64,000 nucleotides of DNA, taken from the IMG/VR virus record IMGVR_UViG_3300028802_000012, positions 2,244 to 66,243 of that record. One strand, 5' to 3'. The notes below the pieces were generated by a model that saw nothing but the letters and a program-made list of their open reading frames with translations, was not told where the DNA came from and ran no database searches. The stretch's first letter is position 1. Every line of letters begins with the position of its first letter. The DNA is from a virus. Taxonomy: Duplodnaviria > Caudoviricetes. This document shows positions 19,554 through 29,092 of the stretch, one piece after another. The position numbers were made by a program, and so were the translations under genes.

Positions 19554-21308
19554 ATGCCCTCGTTCTGGCGCTCCAAACCTCCCGCCGGAACGCGACTGCA
19601 GCGTGAGCATCCGCTTGCTCGGGATCTGATCCTGTTCGTGCCCTTCAACGAAGGGGCAGGCCGTCCCCAGGATCTGATCAGCGGCATCACCGGCGAGACG
19701 ACGATCGCCAGTGGCATCGGCATGTCGTGGGTCCCGAGCCCGCAGGGCATGGCGGTCAAGCACGACAACTCGGCGACCGGGTTCACCGACTCGGGCTCGA
19801 TCACCTACCCGAACGCCTGTGCCCCACGTGGGCAGGCGTTTACGTTCTGGGTGCGGTACTACCGCGCAGGGCTCGGGGCGAACGACTGTCGGATTCGGAC
19901 CGAACATCCCGCGAACGGCGGGTTTCAGTTCGGCGTCGATACCTCGAACGCACTCCAACTCGTCCGTGCCGAAGAAGCGGGGTTCACGTCGAGCGCAAGC
20001 ACCGTGCCGGTCGGCTGGGTCGATATTGCCGTTGCGCACGCCGTCGACAACACCTATCGCTACTACCTGAACGGCCAGGACATCGGCGGTGGCACGTCGT
20101 CTGGAACGTTCAACGTCACCAAGCGGATCAACATCGGTGGGTCCAGTACGAGCGCCTTTGCGCCGAACGGGTCGATCTCGTCCCAGGTCTTGATCTGGAA
20201 TCGCACGCTCTCGGCGGGCGAGATTGCCTCACTGACCCCGGATTCGCACACCCTCTTTGAGGAACCGTTCTGGCGGCGGTTCTCGCGTGCGGTCAAAGCC
20301 GCGCAGCTTGTCGGAGCACAACCGGCTGCAACAGGAACGCTGACCCGATTCAAGACGGCTCTGCGGACGCTGACGGGCGCGCAACCCTCAGGAGCCGGGA
20401 TTCTCACGCGCCGACTGGCGGCACCGAGGACGCTGCTTGGCAGCCAACCCGCCGCGACGGGAACGCTGGTCGGGCTGGCGATCAAAGCCCGGACCGTTCT
20501 CGGAAGCCCGCCGTCTTCGACAGGCCTGGTCACCCGCATTCTGGCGGCGCTCCGGTTGCTGGCGGGGGCGCCGTCTGCCGCAACAGGGACGGTGACGCGG
20601 CGCCTCGCTGCGGGACGATCCCTCACAGGAAGCCAGCCGTCTCCGACCGGGATCGTTTCCCGCATCGCCCAGGCGCTTCGGCCGCTGACGGGAGCGCAGC
20701 CTGCCGCGACAGGCCTCCTGACGCGCACGTCGGGATTTGCTCGTGCGGTGACGGGCGCCCAGCCGTTCTCGACAGCGACGCTCACCGCTCGCATCGCACT
20801 CCGACGAATGATCACAGGGGCACAGCCGTCGGCAACGGGGATCCTGGTCCGATTTACGACCGTCGCGCGCGCGCTGACGGGCAGTCAGCCGTCTGGGACG
20901 AGTACGCTCACCACGACGCTCGTGAGCGGGCGTGCCCTCGCTGGCGCCCAGGACGCTCCCAGTGGACAGCTGACGAGCGTCACCGGCGTCTATCATCGCA
21001 CCTGCCAGGGCGTGCAGCCTGCGCCAAAAGGCGCGCTCACGGCCTTCCATCAGTGGCGGATGTACGTTGTCCCCGAGCACGGCCAGGGGACGTCGCCCGA
21101 CGAGTACGTCCCCGGCCAGGTCTTCGGAACGGTTTACGACTACGGCTACGATCCGATCGCCTCGGGTCCACCGGCCTCAGGCTACGAGCTTGTGACCTAT
21201 GCTGACCCGACCGTGCTGTATAGCGATCCCGACGTGACCTATCAGGGCCGCATCGTTGCGGCTACGGTTCCGCATAGCGGACGCGTGACCTATGTCGTGA
21301 AACGGTAG
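19554..21308 (+). CDS. LamG/concanavalin-like domain protein with ~21-aa repeat stalk
   Basis: LFVPFNEGAG...WVDIAV...YYLNG...INIGG...LIWNRTLSAGEI (LamG-like), then about a dozen LTGAQPAATGxLTR repeats. Confidence 0.7.
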   Translation: MPSFWRSKPPAGTRLQREHPLARDLILFVPFNEGAGRPQDLISGITGETTIASGIGMSWVPSPQGMAVKHDNSATGFTDSGSITYPNACAPRGQAFTFWVRYYRAGLGANDCRIRTEHPANGGFQFGVDTSNALQLVRAEEAGFTSSASTVPVGWVDIAVAHAVDNTYRYYLNGQDIGGGTSSGTFNVTKRINIGGSSTSAFAPNGSISSQVLIWNRTLSAGEIASLTPDSHTLFEEPFWRRFSRAVKAAQLVGAQPAATGTLTRFKTALRTLTGAQPSGAGILTRRLAAPRTLLGSQPAATGTLVGLAIKARTVLGSPPSSTGLVTRILAALRLLAGAPSAATGTVTRRLAAGRSLTGSQPSPTGIVSRIAQALRPLTGAQPAATGLLTRTSGFARAVTGAQPFSTATLTARIALRRMITGAQPSATGILVRFTTVARALTGSQPSGTSTLTTTLVSGRALAGAQDAPSGQLTSVTGVYHRTCQGVQPAPKGALTAFHQWRMYVVPEHGQGTSPDEYVPGQVFGTVYDYGYDPIASGPPASGYELVTYADPTVLYSDPDVTYQGRIVAATVPHSGRVTYVVKR

Positions 21309-21320
21309 AATGAGGGTGCC

Positions 21321-22496
21321 ATGAGCGTGATCTCGATCCTGCGCTACGTCAACGGCGAGCTGGCCTCGGCCGAGATGACGACGCTGACTATCGAGAACAC
21401 CAACGGCGTGGTCGTCTCGGGACCCGTCCTTGTTCCGCCTGTCTCGATCGGGACCTACGTCTACGATGTGACGGCGCTTGGGCCTGGGAACTACACGGCC
21501 AACTGGACCTTCCAGGTCACAGGCGAGCCGACGGCTGTCGTCGCCCGCGCCTTTGTGATCGATGCGCCGTCGACCGTAACTGCCGGCACGACCCTGATGG
21601 CGATTGAACAGGCCCTGGCCGGGAGATTAGGCGGCAGCTATCGGAGGCTCGTCGCAACGACGGGCAGCACGATCACGGTCATCAAAGCCGGCCGGCTCCG
21701 ATCGACGATCGACATCGGCGACTACGAAGACCTCTACGTGCTGCGTCGGGGGGTCCTGCGCGATGGGTCGAGGGTCAATAACTTCGACGAGGCTGACCGG
21801 ATTCGGATGGTCGAGACCTATGACCATGCTGACGGCCGGCTGGTCGTCGACGACCCCTACACCACCGCCCCGCAGAGCACCGAGATCGTCGAGCTGCACT
21901 ATTTTGATCCCGAGTTCGAGCTACGGCCGTCGGTCCTGGATGGGTTGACCCGGTGTTACTTCTGGGACACGGTGAACATCGCCAGCACGGCGCCCTATGG
22001 GACGGTCGCAGTGTCCGATCTGGTCCCGTGGCTGGCCGATCCACGCCAGATCTTCGGGGTCGCGGGCCAGCTGACGAACAGCCGCTGGCCATCTCGAAGA
22101 ATCCCCTGGTCCAGAGCGTACAGGAGGGGCGCGGGCATCTATCTCGACACCGAGAACACGATGCCGGGCACGCTGGCCCTGACGGTGCTCCGGCCGGTGT
22201 CGACCCTGGTCAACGACACGGCGTCGCTCGCGGGACCGAACGACGACTGGGATGTCCTGCCCGTCGAACTGGAGTATGCTGTGCGAGCCGCGCACGTCGC
22301 GGCCTGGATGCGCCATCCCGAGCGCTTGACGCCCGTCGCGGCCCTCGGGATGGGCATCCCGCTCTCGATGTGTGCGCAGGCCTTCTCGATTCGGTCCCTG
22401 GCCCTGGTCAACTTCCAGCCCGAATTCCCTCAGATCAGGTTTGGACTGTATGCTGGTGACGTCGTTCTCGGGAACGCGCCTGAGGCCGTCGTCTGA
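21321..22496 (+). CDS. Probable head-tail adaptor/tail tube protein with N-terminal Ig-like part
   Basis: 391-aa ORF directly before the large nozzle-like gene; call is mainly positional. Confidence 0.45.
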   Translation: MSVISILRYVNGELASAEMTTLTIENTNGVVVSGPVLVPPVSIGTYVYDVTALGPGNYTANWTFQVTGEPTAVVARAFVIDAPSTVTAGTTLMAIEQALAGRLGGSYRRLVATTGSTITVIKAGRLRSTIDIGDYEDLYVLRRGVLRDGSRVNNFDEADRIRMVETYDHADGRLVVDDPYTTAPQSTEIVELHYFDPEFELRPSVLDGLTRCYFWDTVNIASTAPYGTVAVSDLVPWLADPRQIFGVAGQLTNSRWPSRRIPWSRAYRRGAGIYLDTENTMPGTLALTVLRPVSTLVNDTASLAGPNDDWDVLPVELEYAVRAAHVAAWMRHPERLTPVAALGMGIPLSMCAQAFSIRSLALVNFQPEFPQIRFGLYAGDVVLGNAPEAVV

Positions 22497-22591
22497 TGAC
22501 CAGGAACGAGCGCGACCTTGCCTGGTATGTCGGTCTCTACGTGCTCGCCACGGGGGTTACGTACGTGCTCTGGCGGCTGGGAGTACGGTAG
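22496..22591 (+). CDS. 31-aa membrane peptide (MTRNERDLAWYVGLYVLATGVTYVLWRLGVR)
   Basis: Fills the gap exactly: TGATG overlap at the start, and its TAG abuts the next ATG; one hydrophobic helix. Confidence 0.6.
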   Translation: MTRNERDLAWYVGLYVLATGVTYVLWRLGVR

Positions 22592-24751
22592 ATGGCCCAC
22601 CCCGTCGTCCAGCGATCGAACTCCAAACGGCGGCCCTACCCGTACGACATGTACATCGCCAACACCAAAGTCATCCTCGAACCGGGTGCTGATGGGAACC
22701 TGGTCGCCCAGAAGACCAAGACCCTGGACGCGACGGCGCCGGTGGACTACACCTACTCGTCGGCCAACCCGTTCAAAGAGCGGACGTTCGAGTGGACCAA
22801 GCTGTACGGCGGCTATGGCCAGGAGATCGAGGGCACCGCCCAGCCCCGACGCTTCGAGCACGGCGAGTACGTCGATAGCTCGATCAACGGGCTGATCTTC
22901 AAGGGTCCCAGGTTTGAAACGCACGTCGAAACGATCGCCGGAGCTGGAACCGTCCGCCAGTTTATTCTGGCCCTGCACGGGGGCGTCGAAACCCTGTTTG
23001 TGATCTGTTCGAACGGCGTCTGGCGGCGCGATCCGTCGGATTCGGGAGCCTGGATCGCCTCGCTCACTACGTCGACCACGCCACCGCTCCCAGGGGGCAA
23101 GAACCCGCAGTCAGCCCTACGGTTTCGGTCGAATGACATCACGACCAATGCGGCGACCACAAAGCTGCCGATCTACGGTGTCGATTACCTGTACGTGGCC
23201 TGTTCCTCGGGCAACCTGCTGCGCTACACCGGCGTGGTGGGAGGGTGGAGCGAAGCGGCAGCGCCTGATGGGCCGGGCATCGGCGCGACGGGCTCGGGTG
23301 AGGCTCGGTATCTGGAACAGGTCGGCAACGAGTTCTGGGTCGCCGGCGACTACTGGATTGTCAAAACCGAAGACGATCCGATGGTGCGCTCTCGCTACGC
23401 GGCGGTGATTTGGATCGGCGACCTGACCGCGAAGATCACGTTCCTGCGCCAGATCGACAACACCCTCTACATCTTCAAAGAAGACGGGATCTACACCCTC
23501 TCCGACACCGGCGAAGACCAGGAGATCCTGCCGACCCTGCGGGGAGCCAACAACCGCCAGAACGGGGTCAACGCGACCATCTGGCTGGACAAGATGTGGG
23601 TGCCGTATGGGGACCAGACCTTCACGCTCGACGCCCAGGGCAACGTCCGGCCCGACGGCATCGAACAGGTGCTGGAGAACCAGTCCGACGTCAGAGGCCG
23701 CTGGGCAGCCGGCGCATCGCACAACACCTGGTTCATGTACGAGATCTACTACAACCCGCTGACGGCCGATTCGTACCTGATCAAGCACGGCACCTGGATC
23801 GAGGCGAACGAATCGGGTCAGACGGTCCCGGGCCTGGCCCAGTTCGCGGACGCCCATCACGGCGCGCTCTTCATCTGGAACAACGCCGAGGTTACGGCCG
23901 CGAATATCCTGCCCGAGACGCTCTTTCCCGGCAGCAACGATCGGTTCTTCGTCGGGATGACGACCCAGGCAGCGCCAACGGCCGCGACGATCAGCTGGTG
24001 CGTCCTGCCCCAGACGGGGCCGAATCCTACGCTTGACCAGGCCTGCGAATTCACGACCAACACCAGCTGGATCTACCTGCCGGTCCACCATATGGGGTAT
24101 CAGGCCGACAATAAGCTCTACCGGGGGATCTCGGTCGTCGGCCCGCACCTGACCAACAGCGAGTGGGTCGAGATCGAGTACAAGTTCGACACGGTCGATC
24201 CGTTCGCGGCCTGGACCCTGATTGAACCGACCAACCCCAGATATACCCTCCCGAACGATCGCAAAGAATTCCCGAACAACACCTACGGACGGTCGGTCAA
24301 GCTCCGGATCAAACTGATGGCCCCTGGCGCCCGTACGCCGATCATCGACGGCATCGCCGTCCACCAGGCCCTCCGTCCCTCGTTGGCCCTGGAGTGGGTG
24401 TTCTCGGTCAAGCTGGCCAGTCACCTGGCCAAGCACAACGGAACGACCGATAGACGCCGGGGCAGCGAACTGCGCCGCGAAATTCTGGACGCCTGTGCCT
24501 ACACCGGCAATACGGTCATCGTCTTGCCGACGGGCGAGACCGAACTGATGACGCTGACCGACTACCGAGAGTCCGCAGGCACCTGGACCAAGCGCCGCGA
24601 TCACGAGTGGCTGGCGCAGATCACCGGGATCCAACTGCGAACCCTGTCCCGCCTGGAGCCCGGCTTCACCGGCCTGACCTATGCAACCCTGGAGCAGTAC
24701 ACGCTCGGCCAGCTGGAGATGAACTCGTTGATCTCGGGAGGAATTACCTGA
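22592..24751 (+). CDS. Probable tail nozzle/tube protein (beta-propeller-like)
   Basis: 719-aa beta-rich protein; size and position fit short-tail nozzle proteins. Confidence 0.55.
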   Translation: MAHPVVQRSNSKRRPYPYDMYIANTKVILEPGADGNLVAQKTKTLDATAPVDYTYSSANPFKERTFEWTKLYGGYGQEIEGTAQPRRFEHGEYVDSSINGLIFKGPRFETHVETIAGAGTVRQFILALHGGVETLFVICSNGVWRRDPSDSGAWIASLTTSTTPPLPGGKNPQSALRFRSNDITTNAATTKLPIYGVDYLYVACSSGNLLRYTGVVGGWSEAAAPDGPGIGATGSGEARYLEQVGNEFWVAGDYWIVKTEDDPMVRSRYAAVIWIGDLTAKITFLRQIDNTLYIFKEDGIYTLSDTGEDQEILPTLRGANNRQNGVNATIWLDKMWVPYGDQTFTLDAQGNVRPDGIEQVLENQSDVRGRWAAGASHNTWFMYEIYYNPLTADSYLIKHGTWIEANESGQTVPGLAQFADAHHGALFIWNNAEVTAANILPETLFPGSNDRFFVGMTTQAAPTAATISWCVLPQTGPNPTLDQACEFTTNTSWIYLPVHHMGYQADNKLYRGISVVGPHLTNSEWVEIEYKFDTVDPFAAWTLIEPTNPRYTLPNDRKEFPNNTYGRSVKLRIKLMAPGARTPIIDGIAVHQALRPSLALEWVFSVKLASHLAKHNGTTDRRRGSELRREILDACAYTGNTVIVLPTGETELMTLTDYRESAGTWTKRRDHEWLAQITGIQLRTLSRLEPGFTGLTYATLEQYTLGQLEMNSLISGGIT

Positions 24752-25962
24752 TGGCCCGTACGGTGACGACGAACTATCAGGCCGATGGTCCTCCCCCGGT
24801 TTCCGGAGGATCCGTCACCGACAGTACCTGGTTTGCCTATGCGGACAACGATAGCGATCCGTTCAGTCGCGAGCAGGACCTGTACTATCTCGCCCTGGCC
24901 CTCGAACGACACGATCACCGCGATGGCCGGGGGCTCTCGGTCGGTCGGATCGATGCCAGCGCTATCACGGCAGCAGCCCTCGGACCGAACAGCGTCGGGA
25001 GTTCGGCTATCGCTGATGGTGCTGTCGGGACCACTGAGCTGGCCGACAACGCGGTGACCACGGCCAAGATCCTGGACGGGACGATCAAGGGCGTCGACAT
25101 GGAGCCGACCGCGATCGTCGATCGACTCGGCTACACCCCGATCAACAAGGCCGGCGACATCGATATCGGCCCCCTGACGTTCGGCAAGGTCGGCCCACCC
25201 GCCGTGGCCACGACCCTCACGCTGCTCGGGAACAGCGGCATCCAGTTCGGCCAGGGCGCCATCAGTGGGAACGGCAGCGTGGTGGTCGCGCGGACGGTGG
25301 CCGGAACCGCCGCCGACTTCAGAGGAGTAACCGGTGGCAGCACCGTGCTGAATATCCACAATAGCAACGCGGACCACGTTGGTCCCGGATATTCACTCGG
25401 CGTGCTCAACGAAGCGGCCAGTGGCTGGGAAATCCTGTGGAGTCACGGCGCTGCCTCGTTCAATATCCCGATCGGGTCGGGTGTCGCCCAGGGCACGGCC
25501 CCGATCGCCGTTGGCAGCACGACGATCTGCCCCAACCTGAACGCCAACTTCTTGAACGGCTTTCGGGACACCGACTTCGTCAAGAGCGCGTCAGGCGGGG
25601 CTGTTCCCAGCGGGATGCACGCCTTCTTCGCCACGGCAGCCTTGATGCCGACGGGCTGGACTCGTGCGACATCTGGTCAGGGCTATCTCCTGGGTATATC
25701 CGGAACAGCGTTCTCGCAGACCCTCGGGGAGAACGAACTGTCCGGCAGCAGCTGGGTCCACACCCATGATTTGCGGAATCACCATCATGGTGGAGCCGAT
25801 CACACCCACGACGGGACGATCGGTGGAACCGGAGCTGTTGGCAGCAGTGGAAACGCTGGCGCCCACTACACAGCTTTGTCGGGGACGCCTGATAGCAACT
25901 TCACGGATACCCCGGCGCGGAGCCTTCCCATCTATGCCATGGTCCTCTGCTTCAAGAACTAG
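24751..25962 (+). CDS. Tail fibre protein
   Basis: ATG at 24751 overlaps the upstream TGA; IADGAVGTTELADNAVTTAKI, NLNANFLNG, VPSG...PTGW and HTH repeats typical of fibres. Confidence 0.7.
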   Translation: MARTVTTNYQADGPPPVSGGSVTDSTWFAYADNDSDPFSREQDLYYLALALERHDHRDGRGLSVGRIDASAITAAALGPNSVGSSAIADGAVGTTELADNAVTTAKILDGTIKGVDMEPTAIVDRLGYTPINKAGDIDIGPLTFGKVGPPAVATTLTLLGNSGIQFGQGAISGNGSVVVARTVAGTAADFRGVTGGSTVLNIHNSNADHVGPGYSLGVLNEAASGWEILWSHGAASFNIPIGSGVAQGTAPIAVGSTTICPNLNANFLNGFRDTDFVKSASGGAVPSGMHAFFATAALMPTGWTRATSGQGYLLGISGTAFSQTLGENELSGSSWVHTHDLRNHHHGGADHTHDGTIGGTGAVGSSGNAGAHYTALSGTPDSNFTDTPARSLPIYAMVLCFKN

Positions 25963-25974
25963 GAGGCACGCTCG

Positions 25975-26274
25975 ATGCCCTTCGAGAAGAAGCTCACCCC
26001 GGCTCAGTGGAAAGAGCGGTTGATCACGGAAAACACCCCGATCACGCTCGAAGAGTATCACGCCGGAGCGATCATCCGTTTGATGGGCCAGATGATCGAA
26101 GCCACCCAGGCCCTGAGTCATCTGGAAGGCATGCTCGGGGCCATCGACGAGGCCTTCTCACGCCACGACGCGAACTATGCTGGCAGCTCAAAGATTCGGG
26201 AGGCCCTGCATCAGCAGCGGCTGGCCCTGACAACGGCCCTGCGCACGAATGGCCAGGTCCATGACCCGACTTGA
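25975..26274 (+). CDS. Hypothetical protein
   Basis: AGGAGG RBS; 99 aa. Confidence 0.55.
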   Translation: MPFEKKLTPAQWKERLITENTPITLEEYHAGAIIRLMGQMIEATQALSHLEGMLGAIDEAFSRHDANYAGSSKIREALHQQRLALTTALRTNGQVHDPT

Positions 26275-26617
26275 GGGTCACGATCTCTGGGAGTACCACC
26301 GGCTGCAGCTGCAGCTCGAAGAGCGGCAGCTCCTGTATCGCAGCGCAGCTCGCATGCTGGAACGCTTCGGGCAGAGCATGAAGACCAAGTATCTCTTCAG
26401 CGACGAGGAACTGATCGATCCGAACGGCGAGATCATCTCGAAGCAGACCTGGCAGGCGCAGCACGCGCAGACCGAACAGCCGGATCAAACCCCGCTTCAG
26501 CCTGCGTCGCCCCCTGATAATGGGACCCCAGATCCGCATGGCCATACAGCCGCTGGGCCGGCTTTTCCATTCGGACAAAATACACCTGGCAGATCGGCTG
26601 ACCCGGCCGCAGAATAA
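26261..26617 (+). CDS. Hypothetical protein
   Basis: Overlaps the previous stop; 3' part overlaps the convergent dcd gene. Confidence 0.45.
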   Translation: MTRLEGHDLWEYHRLQLQLEERQLLYRSAARMLERFGQSMKTKYLFSDEELIDPNGEIISKQTWQAQHAQTEQPDQTPLQPASPPDNGTPDPHGHTAAGPAFPFGQNTPGRSADPAAE

Positions 26618-27068
26618 TCGTTGCCGGACCAGCGTTGAAGACTTCCAGGGTCAGCGCGCCTGACCAGCCTGGATCGGCCAACCCTGCTGCTTCGACGTGC
26701 AGGCCGTCGCGGGCGAGCGTGCTCTTCCCACACAGGATCGCCACCAGCCGTGGATCGTGCAGGGTGATCGACTCCGCCGTGGCGCAGAGCACGAATTCGC
26801 GAGGACCCAGCACGAGCATCTCATCATGCGCATAGGTGCGATACGTAACGTCCGGTCCCGTCGGTTCAGGACCGTAGCGATCGATACGCGTCGGGAGGAG
26901 CGCCCCCATCGTTGGACCCAGATGGAGGTCGATCGTACAGGGCTGAATACGCGCTGATGGTGGGACGCGTAGACCACCCGGGGATCGCCAATCGGCGAGA
27001 TCTGGTTCTATCTGGATACGCTCCTCCCAGATCGCCTCGATGATCTCGTCATCGCTCAAGATGCTCAC
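26433..27068 (-). CDS. dcd: dCTP deaminase
   Basis: ILSDDEI...IQPCTIDLHLG...GKSTLARDGL...AGLADPGWSGALTLEV...ICQV...YQG; likely GTG start at 27068. Confidence 0.9.
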   Translation of the reverse strand: MSILSDDEIIEAIWEERIQIEPDLADWRSPGGLRVPPSARIQPCTIDLHLGPTMGALLPTRIDRYGPEPTGPDVTYRTYAHDEMLVLGPREFVLCATAESITLHDPRLVAILCGKSTLARDGLHVEAAGLADPGWSGALTLEVFNAGPATIILRPGQPICQVYFVRMEKPAQRLYGHADLGSHYQGATQAEAGFDPAVRSARAAPARSASR

Positions 27069-27355
27069 AGCGCTTTCTCCCACCGTTCGCTGTCTCGGAG
27101 AAAAAAGGTGTACATCTCGACGACGTGGTCGCGTGGTTCCTTCCAGGTTTGGTCAGGCAGCATCTGGTACCAGGCCCAGCCATTGACGAGCTTGAACCGC
27201 AGAAATTCTTTGCGGTCAAACATCATCCCGAACGCCTCGTCTTCGGTTCCAAGCTGCGCCAGCAGCTGGTCAGAGACGTCGATCTCTGGGAGCCACTCCG
27301 GGTCTACAAGCACTGTAAATCCTTGCGTATCGGTCCTGAACGACAGGCCCGGCAT
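27065..27355 (-). CDS. Hypothetical protein
   Basis: AGGAGG RBS before ATG 27355; stop overlaps the dcd start. Confidence 0.6.
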   Translation of the reverse strand: MPGLSFRTDTQGFTVLVDPEWLPEIDVSDQLLAQLGTEDEAFGMMFDRKEFLRFKLVNGWAWYQMLPDQTWKEPRDHVVEMYTFFLRDSERWEKAL

Positions 27356-27372
27356 AGCTTCTCCTCCTGCTT

Positions 27373-27774
27373 TTAGGTGGGGGTGATAATCTCGATCAGA
27401 GGTCGAGGACCCCGACACGTCTGACGGGTGCAGAGTCCGACAGCCGCGATCATCCAGTGCTGGCCCAGCATGCCATGCACCCGGGTCTCGAAGCCGACCT
27501 GGCCGTCTTCGTAGTATTCGACGTTGGGCTCCGCCCGCTCAGCTAGCGCTTTCAAGGACCGGAAGGCCCCTAGCTGACTGTCGTAGCGGGTGTCCCAGTC
27601 CGTGCTGATCGTGCCGCTTTTCGGATGACAATACACGAGATGGTAATGCTCCGGGAGCAGCGGCTGGGGGGCGATGACCTCTGACCGCTGCAGCTCCCGC
27701 AGCCTGCGGCGGCGCTTCAAGGCTTGACGGCCCGCCGCTTTGATATCGGCACCGGTCAGAAGATCATCGCTCAT
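27373..27774 (-). CDS. Hypothetical protein immediately downstream of the array
   Basis: AAGGGGAG RBS; 133 aa. Confidence 0.6.
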   Translation of the reverse strand: MSDDLLTGADIKAAGRQALKRRRRLRELQRSEVIAPQPLLPEHYHLVYCHPKSGTISTDWDTRYDSQLGAFRSLKALAERAEPNVEYYEDGQVGFETRVHGMLGQHWMIAAVGLCTRQTCRGPRPLIEIITPT

Positions 27775-27785
27775 GACTCCCCCTT

Positions 27786-29092
27786 GGGGCGCTCCTGATG
27801 GATGGGATGGTCGTATCTCATGGCTCGCTCACGGGGCTTGGGGTATTCAAGAAGCTGGGCTCGCTCCGATCCTTGGGTGCTCGCAGGTAGAAGGGCTCGC
27901 TCACGGTGATTGGTGCTACTCCTCATGCCCGGCTCGCTCGACTGGCTTGGTGCGCACATCCATTAGGGCTCGCTCCGCTTGTCTGGAACACTCCCTACAT
28001 CATGGCTCGCTCCAACAGCAGGGTGCTCTTCGGATCGATGGCGCGCTCTTCGTATATGGGGCTGTCGCAGCGTGTGGCTCGCTCACTATTCCTGGGATGT
28101 TCGGGAGTTATGGCTCGCTCATCGAGATGGGGTGCTCTGCTGACATGGCTCGCTCTTCTGCCAGGGAACACACAGTCTTCGGGGCTCGCTCCCCTTCCAC
28201 GGTACGCTCGTCGGATACGGCTCGCTCTCAAGACATGGTGCTCATGCGCGAACTGGCTCGCTCCATACATTTGGGACGTTCGAGCGGTGTGGCTCACACT
28301 ACGAGACTGGTTCACTCCTCCAGCGTGGTTCGCTCGCGCTATCTGGACCGCTCAGCAGGCTGGGCTCGCTCCACCGCTATGGGTCTCACTGACATGGGGC
28401 TCGCTCTGCCTGATAGGTGCTCTCAGGGCGGAGGGCTCACTCCATTGGCAGGGCACCCTCTCACTGGTTGGATCGCTCAGGTGCTTTGGGCCGGCTCACA
28501 TGGATTGACTCGATCAGCTACTTTGGTCCACCTCGCCAGGGTTGACTCACTCAATCGTTCGGGTGCTCTCCCATCTTTGGGCTCGCTCCAATGGCTTGGT
28601 GCTCTTCTGCTGAGGGGCTCGTTCAGGGACTGGGGTGCTCTCCTCCAGTGTGACTCGCTCTCAAACTGTGGTGTTCTCGAACTGTGTGACTCGCTGCAAA
28701 GGTATGGTGCTCTCCCTGGATAGGGCTCGCTCTGCCATTTTGGAACGCTCTCTTACTAGGGCTCGCTCCCTCTTCTGGGGGACTCCGAACTCACGGCTCG
28801 CTCGCCTTACCTGGTACTCCCGGTATCGTGTGGCTCGCTCAGAGAATTTGGATCACTCCAGAACGCTGGCTCGCTTCGCGAAGGTGGTGCTCTTCCGCTG
28901 TAGGGCTCGCTCCGGATCGACGGTGCTCTCGTGCATGATGGCTCGCTCGCTCTCTGTGGAACGCACTTGAATGGTGGCTCGCTCTCGGACCAGGGTTCAC
29001 GCTTGGATCAAGGCTCGCTCCGATTCTTTGGTGCTCTCATGAACTATGGCTCGCTCTCGGACCAGGGTTCACTCGGAGGCTTTGGCTAGGAA
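27786..29092 (-). ncRNA. TIGR-like tandem guide array (~36 units of 36 bp)
   Basis: + strand unit = GGCTCGCTC-N9-GGTGCTCTC(variable)-N9. Period 36 (a few 35/37). Edge repeats at 27786, 27822, 27858 ... 29012, 29048, 29084. Both variable segments differ between units. Abuts the Nop/IS110-like gene. Confidence 0.88.

Noticed and set aside
1684-24634. Long - strand ORFs opposite structural genes (e.g. 1684-3135, 8614-10242, 23117-24634)
   Set aside because: Shadow ORFs typical of high-GC coding DNA; no motifs or RBS
16976-25962. Diversity-generating retroelement acting on tail fibres
   Set aside because: No reverse transcriptase and no template/variable repeat pair seen
27740-28970. + strand ORFs over the array (327, 200 and 111 aa)
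   Set aside because: Antisense to the operon; the frames stay open because of the 36-bp, stop-poor repeat; no RBS, and the register shifts between frames
27786-29092. CRISPR array
   Set aside because: Repeats are only 9 nt, of two alternating kinds, with 9-nt variable segments; no cas genes in the window
27786-29092. Self-targeting of array spacers within this phage
   Set aside because: Single 9-mers such as CTGGTCCGA recur by chance (e.g. in terL) without the adjacent partner half; a systematic paired search could not be done by eye
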